DNA from: Gammaproteobacteria bacterium | Lineage (GTDB): Bacteria > Pseudomonadota > Gammaproteobacteria > JABABF01 | Direction of reading: 5' to 3' | DNA: 64,000 nt | NCBI GenBank assembly: GCA_965237805.1 | Contig: OZ250153.1 | Coordinates: forward strand, 1,504,001-1,568,000 | Shown here: positions 1-9,865 of the stretch, piece by piece | Layout of the letters: each line of letters starts with the position of its first letter | How positions within the stretch are numbered: position 1 is the first letter of the stretch | Made by a program: the position numbers and the translations under genes | The notes under the pieces: generated by a model | The model's input: the letters and a program-made list of their open reading frames with translations, nothing else | Database searches by the model: none | Told to the model about the DNA's origin: nothing

Positions 1-696
1 GGAGTTGAAGCTGCGCGGCAGCAGTGGCGACAGTAGTCTTTCGGCAGTGGTGGCAGCGAAGCCCACGACCGCGCCGATGGCGATTCCGCCACAGCATATG
101 GTGACGAAGTCGACTGCGGCGGCACCGAGGCTTGGGGTCTGTGTGCCAGCGGCAGTTGCGGCGCTGACGACCAGAGCGAATATAACGATGGCGGTGGCGT
201 CGTTGAACAGGCTCTCCCCTTCGACCAGTACTACCAGCTCCGACGGTGCTTGCAGCTGCCGGATTTGCGCCACCACGGCCACCGGGTCGGTGGCGGCCAG
301 CAGGGCACCGCCGATCAGGCCAGCGACCAATGGGAAGCCGGGATGGTCGATGCCTAGATAGAGCGCCACGCCGGTAATGAACACCGAGATGATGACCCCC
401 AGCGTCGCCATCAGCAACACCGGGACGATGTCTTGCCACAGCAAGTCTTGCCGCAAGCTGTAGCCCGCCTCAAAGATCAGTGCGGGCAACAGCACGAAGA
501 ACATCAGCGAGTGCACATTGCCCGCCCGCACGCCGGTGTCGAAGCCGGTTGCCTCGACCCCGAGGCCGAGAGCGAAGCCAAAGGCGACCAGCCAGGCAGA
601 GAGTGGTAGTTTGGGGACGAAGTAGGCGGCGGCGGTTGCTGGCAATGTCACCACTGCGAGCAACAGCGTGGTGGCGACGACCTCTTCAACGCCCAT
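1..696 (-). CDS. CPA1-family Na+/H+ antiporter (NhaP-like), 3' end outside window
   Basis: Not in the ORF track. Manual translation from ATG at 696 gives MGVEEVV...LLPALIFEAG...AATDPVAV...VEGESLFNDATA, the CPA1 signature motifs; frame stays open to the window edge. Confidence 0.9.
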   Translation of the reverse strand, partial: MGVEEVVATTLLLAVVTLPATAAAYFVPKLPLSAWLVAFGFALGLGVEATGFDTGVRAGNVHSLMFFVLLPALIFEAGYSLRQDLLWQDIVPVLLMATLGVIISVFITGVALYLGIDHPGFPLVAGLIGGALLAATDPVAVVAQIRQLQAPSELVVLVEGESLFNDATAIVIFALVVSAATAAGTQTPSLGAAAVDFVTICCGGIAIGAVVGFAATTAERLLSPLLPRSFNS

Positions 697-732
697 GGAG
701 TGACAAACGCTGTCGGCCGATTGCTGACACCG

Positions 733-2256
733 TTATACGTTCCGGCTGGTGCTGATCAGGTACTCGGTCTTGGTTGCGACTGGTGGATAGAGTTCGTCCA
801 GCGGTGCAGAACGACCATTCTGTTGCACTTGACGCGCATGGGAGCGCCGCAGTTCACGTGCCTCCCGGAGCCCACAAGAATGGGCGATGACCTGCACCTC
901 TTTGATAGTGTTGCGAGCGTAGTGCGCTACGCGTTGCGCTTTGGCCTCGGGTACCAAGCCGTTTTGCAGGCGCTCATTGTGGGTTGTGATGCCCGTTGGG
1001 CAAGTGTCGCGGTTGCATTGCAATGCTTGGATGCAGCCCAAGGCGAACATGAAGCCGCGTGCCGAGCTGATGAAGTTGGCACCCATGCACAGCGCCCAAG
1101 CGATGGAGCCCGGGGTGATCAACTTGCCCGAAGCGATGATGCGGATTTCTTCGCGCAGACCGTATTTTGTCAATATGTCCACAGCCATCGGTAGGCTCTC
1201 GCGTAACGGCAGGCCGACATAGTCCATCAGGCTTTGCGGGGCGGCACCGGTGCCGCCGTCGGCGCTGTCGATGGTGATGAAGTCAGGTGCCGATTCGATG
1301 CCTCGCTGGTGGATAGCCTCCATCAATTCGTGCAGCCACCCTTGGCCGCCGAGCACGGCCTTGAAGCCCACCGGTCGACCCGTGACCGAGCGCACCCGTT
1401 CGATCATATCAAGCAGCTCTGCCACCGAGCCGATATCCAAGTGCGCGTTGGGGCTACGCGAATCCTCGCCCGCGGGGATGCCGCGGATCGAAGCGACTTC
1501 TGGCGTCACCTTCAGCCCGGGCAGGATCCCGCCTTTGCCGGGCTTGGCTCCTTGGCTCAGTTTGATCTCGAACATGCGCAAGCGCTCGTATTGCGACAGT
1601 TCGCGCAATCGCTCATCTGATAATTGACCGTGTTCGTCGCGCACGCCGTACTTGGCGGTGCCGATCTGGTAGACCAAGTCGCAATCGCCGTCACGGTGGT
1701 AGGGGGACATGCCGCCCTCGCCAGTATTCATCCAGATGCCAGCCTCGTGCGCCCCTCCCGCCAGCGCCTGCACGGCTGGCTTTGATATGGCACCGTAACT
1801 CATGCCAGAAATGTTGAACAGTGATTTGGCGAGGTAGGGGCGCTGGGCGCGCCCAGCGCCGATTTCCAGCGCTGAGATATCACTGGTTTCCTCGGCTTGG
1901 AGCGGGAAAGGGCTATTCATGAACAGTACTTCGCCCAGCACGTTGAGTCGGCGCGTGCTACCAAAGGCGATGGTGTTGTCGTGGTTTTTGGCGGTGCGGT
2001 AGGCCCAGCTGCGCTCGGAGCGGTTGAATGGCATCTCTTCGCGATCCATGGCGAAGAAATATTGGCGGAAGAATTCTCCCAGCTCCTCGAAGAGATAACG
2101 GAAGCGGCCGATGACAGGGTAGTTGCGCCGCACGGCGTGGCGCGTCTGTGTCACATCGACGATGTACATATAGGTGACTGTCAAGATGCCGACACCGATT
2201 AGGAAGATCAGCAGGTAGACAGACCATCGTATGAAATCGAATATAAACGTTTCCAT
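733..2256 (-). CDS. FMN-binding glutamate synthase family protein (stand-alone FMN domain with N-terminal TM)
   Basis: ISGMSYGAIS, NTGEGG, EIKLSQGAKPGKGG and the CIQALQCNRDTCP 3Fe-4S motif; ATG at 2256 chosen (ORF track starts at GTG 2274). Confidence 0.9.
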   Translation of the reverse strand: METFIFDFIRWSVYLLIFLIGVGILTVTYMYIVDVTQTRHAVRRNYPVIGRFRYLFEELGEFFRQYFFAMDREEMPFNRSERSWAYRTAKNHDNTIAFGSTRRLNVLGEVLFMNSPFPLQAEETSDISALEIGAGRAQRPYLAKSLFNISGMSYGAISKPAVQALAGGAHEAGIWMNTGEGGMSPYHRDGDCDLVYQIGTAKYGVRDEHGQLSDERLRELSQYERLRMFEIKLSQGAKPGKGGILPGLKVTPEVASIRGIPAGEDSRSPNAHLDIGSVAELLDMIERVRSVTGRPVGFKAVLGGQGWLHELMEAIHQRGIESAPDFITIDSADGGTGAAPQSLMDYVGLPLRESLPMAVDILTKYGLREEIRIIASGKLITPGSIAWALCMGANFISSARGFMFALGCIQALQCNRDTCPTGITTHNERLQNGLVPEAKAQRVAHYARNTIKEVQVIAHSCGLREARELRRSHARQVQQNGRSAPLDELYPPVATKTEYLISTSRNV

Positions 2257-2271
2257 CGGAGTGTTTCTCCC

Positions 2272-2324
2272 CACTCAGGCAGCGGTCGCTTGGCACTCAG
2301 GCAGCGGTCGCTCGGCACTCAGGC
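2272..2324. repeat. 22-bp tandem repeat, about 2.4 copies, spanning the glnA stop codon
   Basis: cactcaggcagcggtcgcttgg / cactcaggcagcggtcgctcgg / cactcaggc. Confidence 0.85.
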
Positions 2325-3731
2325 GCTGTAGTACATCTCGAATTCTGCCGGATGTGGCGAGCCCTGCAAGCGATCGGCTTCTTCGGTTTTCAGGTCGATG
2401 TAGGAATCGATCAGCGTCTCGCTGAAAACACCACCATCCGTCAGGAAGGCGCGATCCTCGTGCAATGCGTCCAGCGCCACCCGCAAGTCGGTGGCGACTG
2501 TGGGGATGTGGCTGAGCTCGGCATTTGGGTCGTAGAGGTTGCGCTCCTCTGGGGCACCCGGGTCGATTTTGTTTTTGATGCCGTCCAAGCCGGCCATCAA
2601 CAGGGCGGCAAAGCACAGATAGGAATTGCCGCTGGCATCTGGGAAACGCACCTCAATACGACGGGCCTTGACCGAATCGACATATGGGATGCGCACAGCC
2701 GCCGAGCGGTTGAGCCCGGAATATGCGAGATGGATCGGTGCCTCGAAGCCCGGCACCAAACGCCGGTAGGAGTTGGTGGTGGCGTTAGCGAAGGCATTGA
2801 GCGCCCGCGCATGGCGGAAGATGCCGCCGATATAGTAGAGCGCTATTTGTGATAGTCCGGCATAGAGCTCGCCAGCGAACAGGTTCTCGCCATCTTTGAA
2901 TAGAGATTGGTGGCAGTGCATGCCATTGCCGTTGTCATCCAACAGCGGCTTCGGCATGAAAGTGGCGGTCTTGCCATAGGAGTCGGCGATGTTGAGTGCG
3001 CAGTATTTGAAGATTTGCAACTCATCGGCTTTTTGCGTCAGGGCACTAAAGCGCATGCCGATTTCACTCTGGCCACCGGTGGCCACTTCGTGGTGATGCA
3101 GTTCGGGTACCAAGCCCATTTCGCTGGCGGCCTTGCTGATCGCGCAACGCAGATCGAATAGGCTGTCGACTGGCGGCACCGGGAAATAGCCGCCCTTTGG
3201 TGCTGGCCGATGGCCGATGTTGCCCTCTTCCAGCTCGTCGCCGGATTGCCAGTGCCCCTCATCGGAACGGATGGCGTAGAAGCTGCCGCCTGTGCTAGTC
3301 TTCCAACGGACATCGTCAAAGACAAAGAATTCTGGTTCCGGACCGAAGAAGGCCTGATCGGCGATGCCGCTACCACGCAGGTATTCCTCGGCGCGCAGCG
3401 CGGTGTGGCGCGGGCAGCATTCGTAGGGTTCAATACCGCTTTTGCCAGTGGGTTCCGCCACATTGCAGCGCAGGTTGACGGTGCTCTCCTCGGTGAAAGG
3501 GTCGAGCACGGCGCTGTCGTCGACGGGCATTAACAACATGTCGGATTGGTGAATTTCCTTCCAGCCAGCGATGGAGGAACCGTCGAAAGAGAAGCCGTTT
3601 TCGAACAGGGCTTTGTCCCAGGCGCTACCGGGTAGGGTGACATGCTGCTCTTTGCCGCGCAGATCGGTAAAGCGGAGATCCACCCACTGCGCGTCGTGGT
3701 CTTGGATCAATTGCTGGGTTTTGCTGGACAT
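2319..3731 (-). CDS. glnA: Glutamine synthetase type I
   Basis: [45 protein letters not shown] and NLYD adenylylation site; start MSSKTQQ at 3731 gives a typical 470 aa. Confidence 0.97.
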   Translation of the reverse strand: MSSKTQQLIQDHDAQWVDLRFTDLRGKEQHVTLPGSAWDKALFENGFSFDGSSIAGWKEIHQSDMLLMPVDDSAVLDPFTEESTVNLRCNVAEPTGKSGIEPYECCPRHTALRAEEYLRGSGIADQAFFGPEPEFFVFDDVRWKTSTGGSFYAIRSDEGHWQSGDELEEGNIGHRPAPKGGYFPVPPVDSLFDLRCAISKAASEMGLVPELHHHEVATGGQSEIGMRFSALTQKADELQIFKYCALNIADSYGKTATFMPKPLLDDNGNGMHCHQSLFKDGENLFAGELYAGLSQIALYYIGGIFRHARALNAFANATTNSYRRLVPGFEAPIHLAYSGLNRSAAVRIPYVDSVKARRIEVRFPDASGNSYLCFAALLMAGLDGIKNKIDPGAPEERNLYDPNAELSHIPTVATDLRVALDALHEDRAFLTDGGVFSETLIDSYIDLKTEEADRLQGSPHPAEFEMYYSA

Positions 3732-3926
3732 TTTCTCTATACTCTCGGTCGATCTGACTGGTGGTTGGGTCATCGGAGCAGGATCAAGGCTGGTGGGATG
3801 CGATGATCGCTTGGGCGGATTGATAACGATTGGCAATGTGGACACTCGATCCCTGTGATCCGCCTCGGCTCAGGCTCGCAGGCAATGTAGGCTGCTGGCC
3901 AAACTGAGGGACACTACCAACTAATA

Positions 3927-3955
3927 ATTGTAGTCCCCGTCGGCAAGATGCGCAA
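3927..3955 (-). promoter_or_regulatory. Putative sigma70 promoter for glnA
   Basis: Minus strand TTGCGC-N17-TACAAT in the AT-rich glnA/thiI divergent spacer. Confidence 0.5.
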
Positions 3956-3979
3956 GAACTTCAGGCTAATATAGCCGCT

Positions 3980-5467
3980 ATGGTGTCTCAGCTGCCCCGC
4001 GCTTCGCACTATCTGTTGTTGCGCTATTTTTCCGAGATGACGCTGAAGAGCGTGCCGGTGCGTCGGCGTCAGCGACAGCAACTGCAGCGCAATCTCAGAC
4101 GCTTGCTCGGCAAGCAGGCCGAGTTGCGTGCGGTCTGGAACCAGCTCGCCGTGCATCCCGCTGCCGATTTGTCGCCAGCGGCGTGGGAGGATGTGCGCGG
4201 GCTGTTACTGCGCACGCCGGGCATCTCCAAGCTGCTCGAAGTCGACGATTACCCGCTCGGGGATTTGGCTGCGCTCAGCTGCTTGGCGACGGCGGTTTGG
4301 GCCGAGCGCGTCGCCGGGCGCAGCATCGCGGTGCGTTGCCGCCGCGTCGGCCAGCATGCTTTCAGCTCGCCAGATGTGGAGCGCCAGCTCGGTGCCGCCC
4401 TGTTGCGCTGCGGTGCATCCAGTGTCGATTTGGAGACCCCGGAGGAATGCTTGCTGCTGGAGTTGCGCGGCGATCACGCCCTGTTCGTGCAGCAGCAGTG
4501 GCCCGCCTTGGGAGGCTTTCCGCTGGGCTCCCAAGATGGTGCGCTGTCCTTGCTCTCCGGAGGCTATGACTCGGCGGTGGCCAGCTATCGGGCGCTGCGC
4601 CGCGGCCTGATCCTGCACTACTGTTTCTTCGATTTGGGTCTGCCCGGCCAAGAGGAGCTGGCGCGGCAGGTGGCGCTGTGGCTGTGGCGACGCCATGCGA
4701 GTTCGCATCGGGCACACTTCTTTACCGTGCCCTTCGCCGATGTGTTGGACGAGATTCTGCGCCGAGTACCGGGTTCGCTGGCCACTGTGGTACTCAAGCG
4801 TTGTATGTTGCGCGCCGCCTCCGAGCTGGCCAAGCGTGCCGGGCTGGGTCTGCTGCTCAGCGGCGACAGCTTGGCACAGGTCTCCTCTCAGACGCCGGCC
4901 AATCTGGCCGCCGTGGATGGCGCGTCGGAGTTGCTGGTACTGCGCCCGCTGATCACCGAGCACAAGGGTGACATCATCGCAGAGGCACGGCGTATTGGTG
5001 TCGCCCAGTTCAGCGAGCGGGCGCAGGAGAGCTGTGCCAGCACCTCGCACCGTCCACGCACACGAGTGTCGCCACAGCTGGCGGCGGAGACTGAGGCACG
5101 TTGCCGCCCGCAGCTGTTGCAACATGCTGTGGCCAGCTGCCGCCGCCACGCCCTCGACCAACCCCCGCCCGAGCCTCTGAGCGCCCCTGTCTGCGACGAT
5201 GTCGTGTCGGTGATACGCGTCGCTGTGCCCGGCAGTGTGATCATCGATCTGCGCGCCCCTGATGAAGCGGGTGGCCGCCCCCTGCGTGGTTCGGTGGCGG
5301 AGATTTTGCGCATCCCCTCCTATCAACTGGCTTCCCGCCTGTCCGAATTGTCTCCAGAACGGCAGTATTTGCTCTACTGCCCGCGCGGTGCGCTCAGCCG
5401 CCTGCACGCCGCACGCTTGCGCGAGTGCGGCTACGAGCGGGTGGCGGTCTACCGCCCGCTGGGCTGA
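3980..5467 (+). CDS. thiI: tRNA 4-thiouridine synthase ThiI with C-terminal rhodanese domain
   Basis: THUMP region, GGFPLGSQ, PP-loop LLSGGYDS, GDSLAQVSSQT, rhodanese LLYCPRG; divergent from glnA. Confidence 0.92.
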   Translation: MVSQLPRASHYLLLRYFSEMTLKSVPVRRRQRQQLQRNLRRLLGKQAELRAVWNQLAVHPAADLSPAAWEDVRGLLLRTPGISKLLEVDDYPLGDLAALSCLATAVWAERVAGRSIAVRCRRVGQHAFSSPDVERQLGAALLRCGASSVDLETPEECLLLELRGDHALFVQQQWPALGGFPLGSQDGALSLLSGGYDSAVASYRALRRGLILHYCFFDLGLPGQEELARQVALWLWRRHASSHRAHFFTVPFADVLDEILRRVPGSLATVVLKRCMLRAASELAKRAGLGLLLSGDSLAQVSSQTPANLAAVDGASELLVLRPLITEHKGDIIAEARRIGVAQFSERAQESCASTSHRPRTRVSPQLAAETEARCRPQLLQHAVASCRRHALDQPPPEPLSAPVCDDVVSVIRVAVPGSVIIDLRAPDEAGGRPLRGSVAEILRIPSYQLASRLSELSPERQYLLYCPRGALSRLHAARLRECGYERVAVYRPLG

Positions 5468-5487
5468 GGTCCGGGTCGGGAGCTACA

Positions 5488-5937
5488 TTGCGCGCCTTGT
5501 TGCAACGGGTCAGCTCCGCATCGGTGTCGGTGGCTGGCGTCGAGCTCGCCAGCATCGGTACAGGTTTGCTGGTCTGTGTCGCCGTGTTGCGCGGCGACGA
5601 TTCGGCGGCGGCGGCGCGTCTCGCCGAGCGCATCGTCCACTATCGCCTATTTCCGGATCGCAGCGGACGCATGGCGCGCGATGTGTGCGCGGTTGGCGGT
5701 GCCCTGTTGGTGGTGCCGCAGTTCAGCTTGGGTGCTGACACGCGCCGCGGTCGGCGCCCCGATTTTGCGTCTTGCGCACCGCCTGAAGAGGCGCGTGGGC
5801 TGTGCGATGAGCTGCTGCGTTGCTTGGCGTCGGCTGGCGCGCCGGTGGCCAGCGGGCGCTTCGCTGCAGACATGCAGCTCGCCTCGGTCAACGACGGTCC
5901 GGTCAGCGTCTTTCTGGACACTGGAGAGCTGCGCTAA
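5488..5937 (+). CDS. dtd: D-aminoacyl-tRNA deacylase
   Basis: TTG start (M)RALLQRV, PQFSL, GRRPDF, NDGPV motifs. Confidence 0.92.
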   Translation: MRALLQRVSSASVSVAGVELASIGTGLLVCVAVLRGDDSAAAARLAERIVHYRLFPDRSGRMARDVCAVGGALLVVPQFSLGADTRRGRRPDFASCAPPEEARGLCDELLRCLASAGAPVASGRFAADMQLASVNDGPVSVFLDTGELR

Positions 5938-5977
5938 AATAGTCCGGATACGCACGCGCTGGGAGTCGCTTGCATTG

Positions 5978-7897
5978 ATGAAAGATTTAGACGCGGGTGC
6001 CAATATCAAGGCGCTGATTCAACAGGGTCGGGAGAAGGGTTTTCTCACCTATGCTGATGTCAATGACCACCTGCCCGGCGAGATCACCGACCCGACCCGC
6101 ATTGAGGAGATTATCCAGATCCTCTCCGATGTCGGCTTGCAGGTCTTCGAGGAGGTGCCGGACGAGACCGATTTGCTGCTGAGCAATGCTAGCGCGATTG
6201 ACAGCGACGATGAGGCGGCGGTCGCCGCGCTGATGGCGGATGACGATGTCGGCGGCTCGCGCGATCCGGTGCGCATGTACATGCGCGAAATGGGGTTGGT
6301 TGATCTCTTGGATCGTAGCGGTGAGCGTGCCATCGCACGCCGCATCGAGAGCGGCATGGCCGAGACACTGGCGGCCTTGGCGCTGTTCCCGGGAGTTGTG
6401 GAGACGGTCTTGCAACGTGTCGCCGCAGCCAAGGGTGATGGACGTCGCCTGACGATGACGGTGGTCGGGCATTTGGATCCCAAGATTCAAGACCAAGCCA
6501 TCAACTTGGAGCGTAGGGCTGTCGAAAACAGGGAGGCCGAGGGCGAGGAGCCCAGTCGCGAGGAGATTGCGCGCGCCCACTTGGACGACATCATCGTACG
6601 CTGTAAGCGGTTGCACAAGTGCCACAAGCAGACCCGCGCCGTGCTCTGTGCTCACGGGCGAGACAGCGCTGAGGGGAAGGAGGCCATAGAGCAGCTGAGC
6701 GCGAATTTTCGCTATCTGAAGTTGGCACCGCGTCTGTTTGAGGAGTTGATCGCCGATGTGCGCCAGCGCGCCAAGGTGATCCAAGAACGCGAGCGGCGTA
6801 TCATCAAGCTATGTGTGTCGCAGGCGGGCATGCCGCGGAAGGAATTCCAGCGTCGCTTTGCCGGGCGCGAGGCAGATATCCGCTGGACCGGCTATCTGGT
6901 GCAGATCAAGGCACCTTGGGTGAAGCGGGTGCGCACCCACCGCGATGAGATCCGCCAGAATCAGTCTCGCATCGCCGAAGCGGTGGCCGAGATGTGCCTG
7001 CCGGTACCGAGTGGAGAGGATGCGGACAAATGGTGGGAGGCGGTGGCACCTTTCCGTGCCGGGCTGTCGGTGGCAGAGATCAAGAACGTCGGTCGCCGCA
7101 TCATGCTCGGCGAATCTCGTATGCACAAAGCCAAGAAGGAAATGATCAAGGCCAATTTGCGGTTGGTGATCTCGATCGCTAAAAAGTACACCAATCGCGG
7201 GCTTCAGTTTTTGGATCTGATTCAAGAGGGCAATATCGGTTTGATGAAGGCGGTAGATAAATTTGAATACCGTCGCGGTTTCAAGTTTTCCACCTATGCC
7301 ACTTGGTGGATCCGCCAAGCCATCACCCGTTGTATCGCCGACCAAGCGCGCACCATCCGCATCCCGGTACACATGATCGAGACGATTAACAAATTGAATC
7401 GGAAGACGCGCCAGATTGAGCAAGAAATCGGTCGCGAGCCGACGGCGGCGGAATTGGGTGAGGCCTTGGACATGCCCGAGGACAAGGTGCGCAAAGTGAT
7501 GCGCATCGCCAAAGACCCGCTCTCCTTGGAGACGCCGATCGGCGACGATGAAGATTCACATTTGATCGATTTCATCCCCGAGACCTCCGAGATCTCTCCC
7601 TTGCAACAGACCAGTGGCGGCGATCTGAGCGATCGGGTCAAGGAGGCCTTGTCCTGCCTCAGCGCCCGTGAAGTCAAGGTGCTGTGCATGCGTTTTGGCA
7701 TCGACATGCCAGTGGACTACACACTGGAGGAAGTGGGCAAGCAGTTTGATGTTACCCGCGAGCGCATCCGCCAGATTGAAGCCAAAGCCCTGCGCAAGCT
7801 GCGCCATCCCAGTCGGCAACGCCTGCTGGCGGGCTATCTCGATGAAGAGTTCGATGCTCAGCCGTCGGGGCGGGGCGAATCTCGCCGGGGCCCGTAG
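5978..7897 (+). CDS. rpoD: RNA polymerase sigma factor RpoD
   Basis: Region 1.1, [58 protein letters not shown]; ATG at 5978. Confidence 0.97.
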   Translation: MKDLDAGANIKALIQQGREKGFLTYADVNDHLPGEITDPTRIEEIIQILSDVGLQVFEEVPDETDLLLSNASAIDSDDEAAVAALMADDDVGGSRDPVRMYMREMGLVDLLDRSGERAIARRIESGMAETLAALALFPGVVETVLQRVAAAKGDGRRLTMTVVGHLDPKIQDQAINLERRAVENREAEGEEPSREEIARAHLDDIIVRCKRLHKCHKQTRAVLCAHGRDSAEGKEAIEQLSANFRYLKLAPRLFEELIADVRQRAKVIQERERRIIKLCVSQAGMPRKEFQRRFAGREADIRWTGYLVQIKAPWVKRVRTHRDEIRQNQSRIAEAVAEMCLPVPSGEDADKWWEAVAPFRAGLSVAEIKNVGRRIMLGESRMHKAKKEMIKANLRLVISIAKKYTNRGLQFLDLIQEGNIGLMKAVDKFEYRRGFKFSTYATWWIRQAITRCIADQARTIRIPVHMIETINKLNRKTRQIEQEIGREPTAAELGEALDMPEDKVRKVMRIAKDPLSLETPIGDDEDSHLIDFIPETSEISPLQQTSGGDLSDRVKEALSCLSAREVKVLCMRFGIDMPVDYTLEEVGKQFDVTRERIRQIEAKALRKLRHPSRQRLLAGYLDEEFDAQPSGRGESRRGP

Positions 7898-7964
7898 CTC
7901 AGTTGGTTAGAGCATCCGACTCATAATCGGCAGGTCCCCTGTTCAAGTCAGGGCGGGCCCACCA
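7888..7964 (+). tRNA. tRNA-Ile2 (anticodon CAT, lysidine type)
   Basis: GGGCCCG/CGGGCCC acceptor stem, TAGCTCAGTTGGTTAGAGC D-arm, CT-CAT-AA loop, GTTCAAGT T-loop, encoded CCA; position after rpoD as for E. coli ileX. Ile2 versus Met is inferred. Confidence 0.9.
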
Positions 7965-8053
7965 CTTCAACCCCATCGCAGCATCAGCTTTGTAGCCTGC
8001 TCAGAAAAGATTGCCAGAGTGTTGCTCAAGCAGCTCGATCACCTAGCCGAATC

Positions 8054-8600
8054 ATGACGATGAAATATTTCCTTGTCGCAGTGATCGCGCTTGTGTCGAT
8101 ATTTGGGTTGGCGCAAGTCGTGTTGTGACAAGAGGCTGTCTGGCTAGCCAAAACCCATGACCGCAATATTGATGTGTACGGACATCATATTTTCTATCGT
8201 GAGACCGGTGACCCCGCCGATCTAACAATTCTTTTTTGCCTGGTTAGCTTGCTTCATCACATGTGTATCGCGAGCTGAGCCCGCTGCTTTCTGGTCGTTA
8301 CCATATTGTTGTGCCCGCTAAGCTCGGATCCGGCTATAGCGACAAACCGGATCCGGATGAGCAGCCTGATTCATTTGAGCTGCTGGCCTATCCGCAATGG
8401 CAAGCCTATTGACGAGAATACAAGCCGCCGACATGATTGGTTTGTGGGAAACACGATCCGGCGTTTATCTCAGCCGGTGTACAAGCCTATTTGCGCGATG
8501 TTCCAAATGCAGAGCTGCAGCTGCTTGATGCCCGGCATTTTGTGATGGAAGACAAACCGGTAGCAATTGCCAAACACATTATAAAATTCTGGGCAAGAGA
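8054..8600 (+). pseudogene. Degraded alpha/beta-fold hydrolase
   Basis: Remnants HIFYRETGDP, ASSHVYREL, GSGYSDKPD, YPQWQAY*REYKPPT*LVCGKHDPAF, LLDARHF; several in-frame stops, a frameshift and a large internal deletion; lower GC than neighbours. Confidence 0.8.
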
Positions 8601-8632
8601 TTCAGGGTGTGGTGCCTCGGTCGGCACTCGGC

Positions 8633-9796
8633 TCAGCGCGCCGCGCTGGAGGCATCGTTGCGCAGGCTCTGGCGCAAGCTGCGCAGGCGCGCCAAATTGT
8701 CGCGCCGCTCTGGTGCTGAAGGTGCGCTGGGTTCCGGCTCGGACGGCAGAGTATCGGCATGTGGGGTGGTACAGCGTCGTGCCACTTCGGCGAGCGAGGG
8801 CAGATAGCTGCTCTGCAATGCGGCGGCGCGTGCGGCCGCCAGTAGCGCCTTTGCCGGCACCGCGGCCAGCGCGGTGCGCCACATTTGCTTGACTTCCCGC
8901 AGTGCCTCAAGGGTGGGCCATGCTTTGCGAAACTGCTGCGGAAAGAGTCGGGCGAACAGGTGGAAGACTCGATCCACCGCATCGTCACTATCGCCCTCAG
9001 CGGCGGCTTTGGAGTCGGTAGCAGCCAGCTGGCGTTGCCACAGCCCGATGAGCTGACGGCGCAGTTGGTTGAGGCGTTTCCCGGGGAGCTTGTGCTCCTC
9101 AGCGGCGCTCAGTGCGGTACCGTGCTCCAGTGTGAAGTCGGTCGGTATATCTTTCTGGCGGTGCAGCTCGAGGGCGAGCTCCTGGATTTGCGCCGTTGCG
9201 CTCGGTGCCGCTTGCGCCCGTGTATCCCGTGCCTCAGCTGTGGGTGGCACCAGTGACAGCCGCAGGGGAGCCGCCGGTGCCGGGTCGTGGTCGCCCCACA
9301 GCACGCCGAGCTGGCACAGACGTTCGAGTAGTTGGCGCAGCTGTGGCCGATCCCACCAGCTGAAGCGTGCGCCGAGGGCTTCCCAAGTGCTTTCTACCAT
9401 GCTCTCAGCGGCGGTCTGCGCCAGCAGATCCAAGCCGCTGAGCAAGCAGGCCTCGGCGGCACCGAGCATGGAGACCAGCGTGGGGGATACCGCCAAGGGT
9501 GGTGCGCCGTCACCGTCGCCGGGCCATGTCGCCAGCCTCAGCTGCAACCGCTGTGCCTGGCGCTCGACGATGTGCAATAGGCCTTGGTCGCGCAGGGAGT
9601 CGAGCTGTTTGAGTGCCCAATCCGGTGTCGGTCCGGGCAGGGCTACCCGCAGCTGTGTTGTGGGCAGCGTCAATTCCCCGTCGACGTCGGCCCACTGCCA
9701 CAGGCGCGCCAGCACGAGCGCCTCGTCGACACCGCATCGCGCCGCCAGCGAAGGCGACAGCGACAGCGGGTGTTCGGCGATCAATGCGTGTGGCAT
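8633..9796 (-). CDS. Putative replication protein: DnaT-like-family N-terminal repeats fused to a lambda-P-like domain
   Basis: Two PLxxSPxL...G..EA.(V/L)L repeats; C-terminal AVDRVFHLFARLFPQQFRKAW...KQMW...SSYLPSL resembles gammaproteobacterial 'replication protein P' (recall, not searched). Confidence 0.6.
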   Translation of the reverse strand: MPHALIAEHPLSLSPSLAARCGVDEALVLARLWQWADVDGELTLPTTQLRVALPGPTPDWALKQLDSLRDQGLLHIVERQAQRLQLRLATWPGDGDGAPPLAVSPTLVSMLGAAEACLLSGLDLLAQTAAESMVESTWEALGARFSWWDRPQLRQLLERLCQLGVLWGDHDPAPAAPLRLSLVPPTAEARDTRAQAAPSATAQIQELALELHRQKDIPTDFTLEHGTALSAAEEHKLPGKRLNQLRRQLIGLWQRQLAATDSKAAAEGDSDDAVDRVFHLFARLFPQQFRKAWPTLEALREVKQMWRTALAAVPAKALLAAARAAALQSSYLPSLAEVARRCTTPHADTLPSEPEPSAPSAPERRDNLARLRSLRQSLRNDASSAAR

Positions 9797-9865
9797 GCTT
9801 TCTATTGTGGCATGTCCATCTTCGCGGTCGCTACTGTATGCTGCTGAGTCTAGAATAGCCGCGCT

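Noticed and set aside
2272-2324. Possible mini CRISPR array
   Set aside because: Units are directly adjacent with no spacers, and no cas genes are present.
4205-5407. Long antisense and alternate-frame ORFs (also 22359-23429, 34178-35272, 40534-41517 and others)
   Set aside because: Shadow ORFs expected in high-GC DNA opposite well-supported genes; no recognisable motifs.
5576-5977. Long N-terminal extension of RpoD in the ORF track
   Set aside because: It overlaps dtd in another frame; homology starts at ATG 5978. Similar over-extensions for alaS, fabG, the HIT protein, gamma-CA and the pilins were trimmed.
8126-8436. In-frame TGA codons as selenocysteine or recoding
   Set aside because: They co-occur with a frameshift and a large deletion, and TGA is the normal stop for many genes here; pseudogenisation is simpler.
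7940-9800. Prophage integrated at the tRNA, given the lambda-P-like gene
   Set aside because: No integrase, structural genes or att repeat seen; the gene has backbone-like composition.
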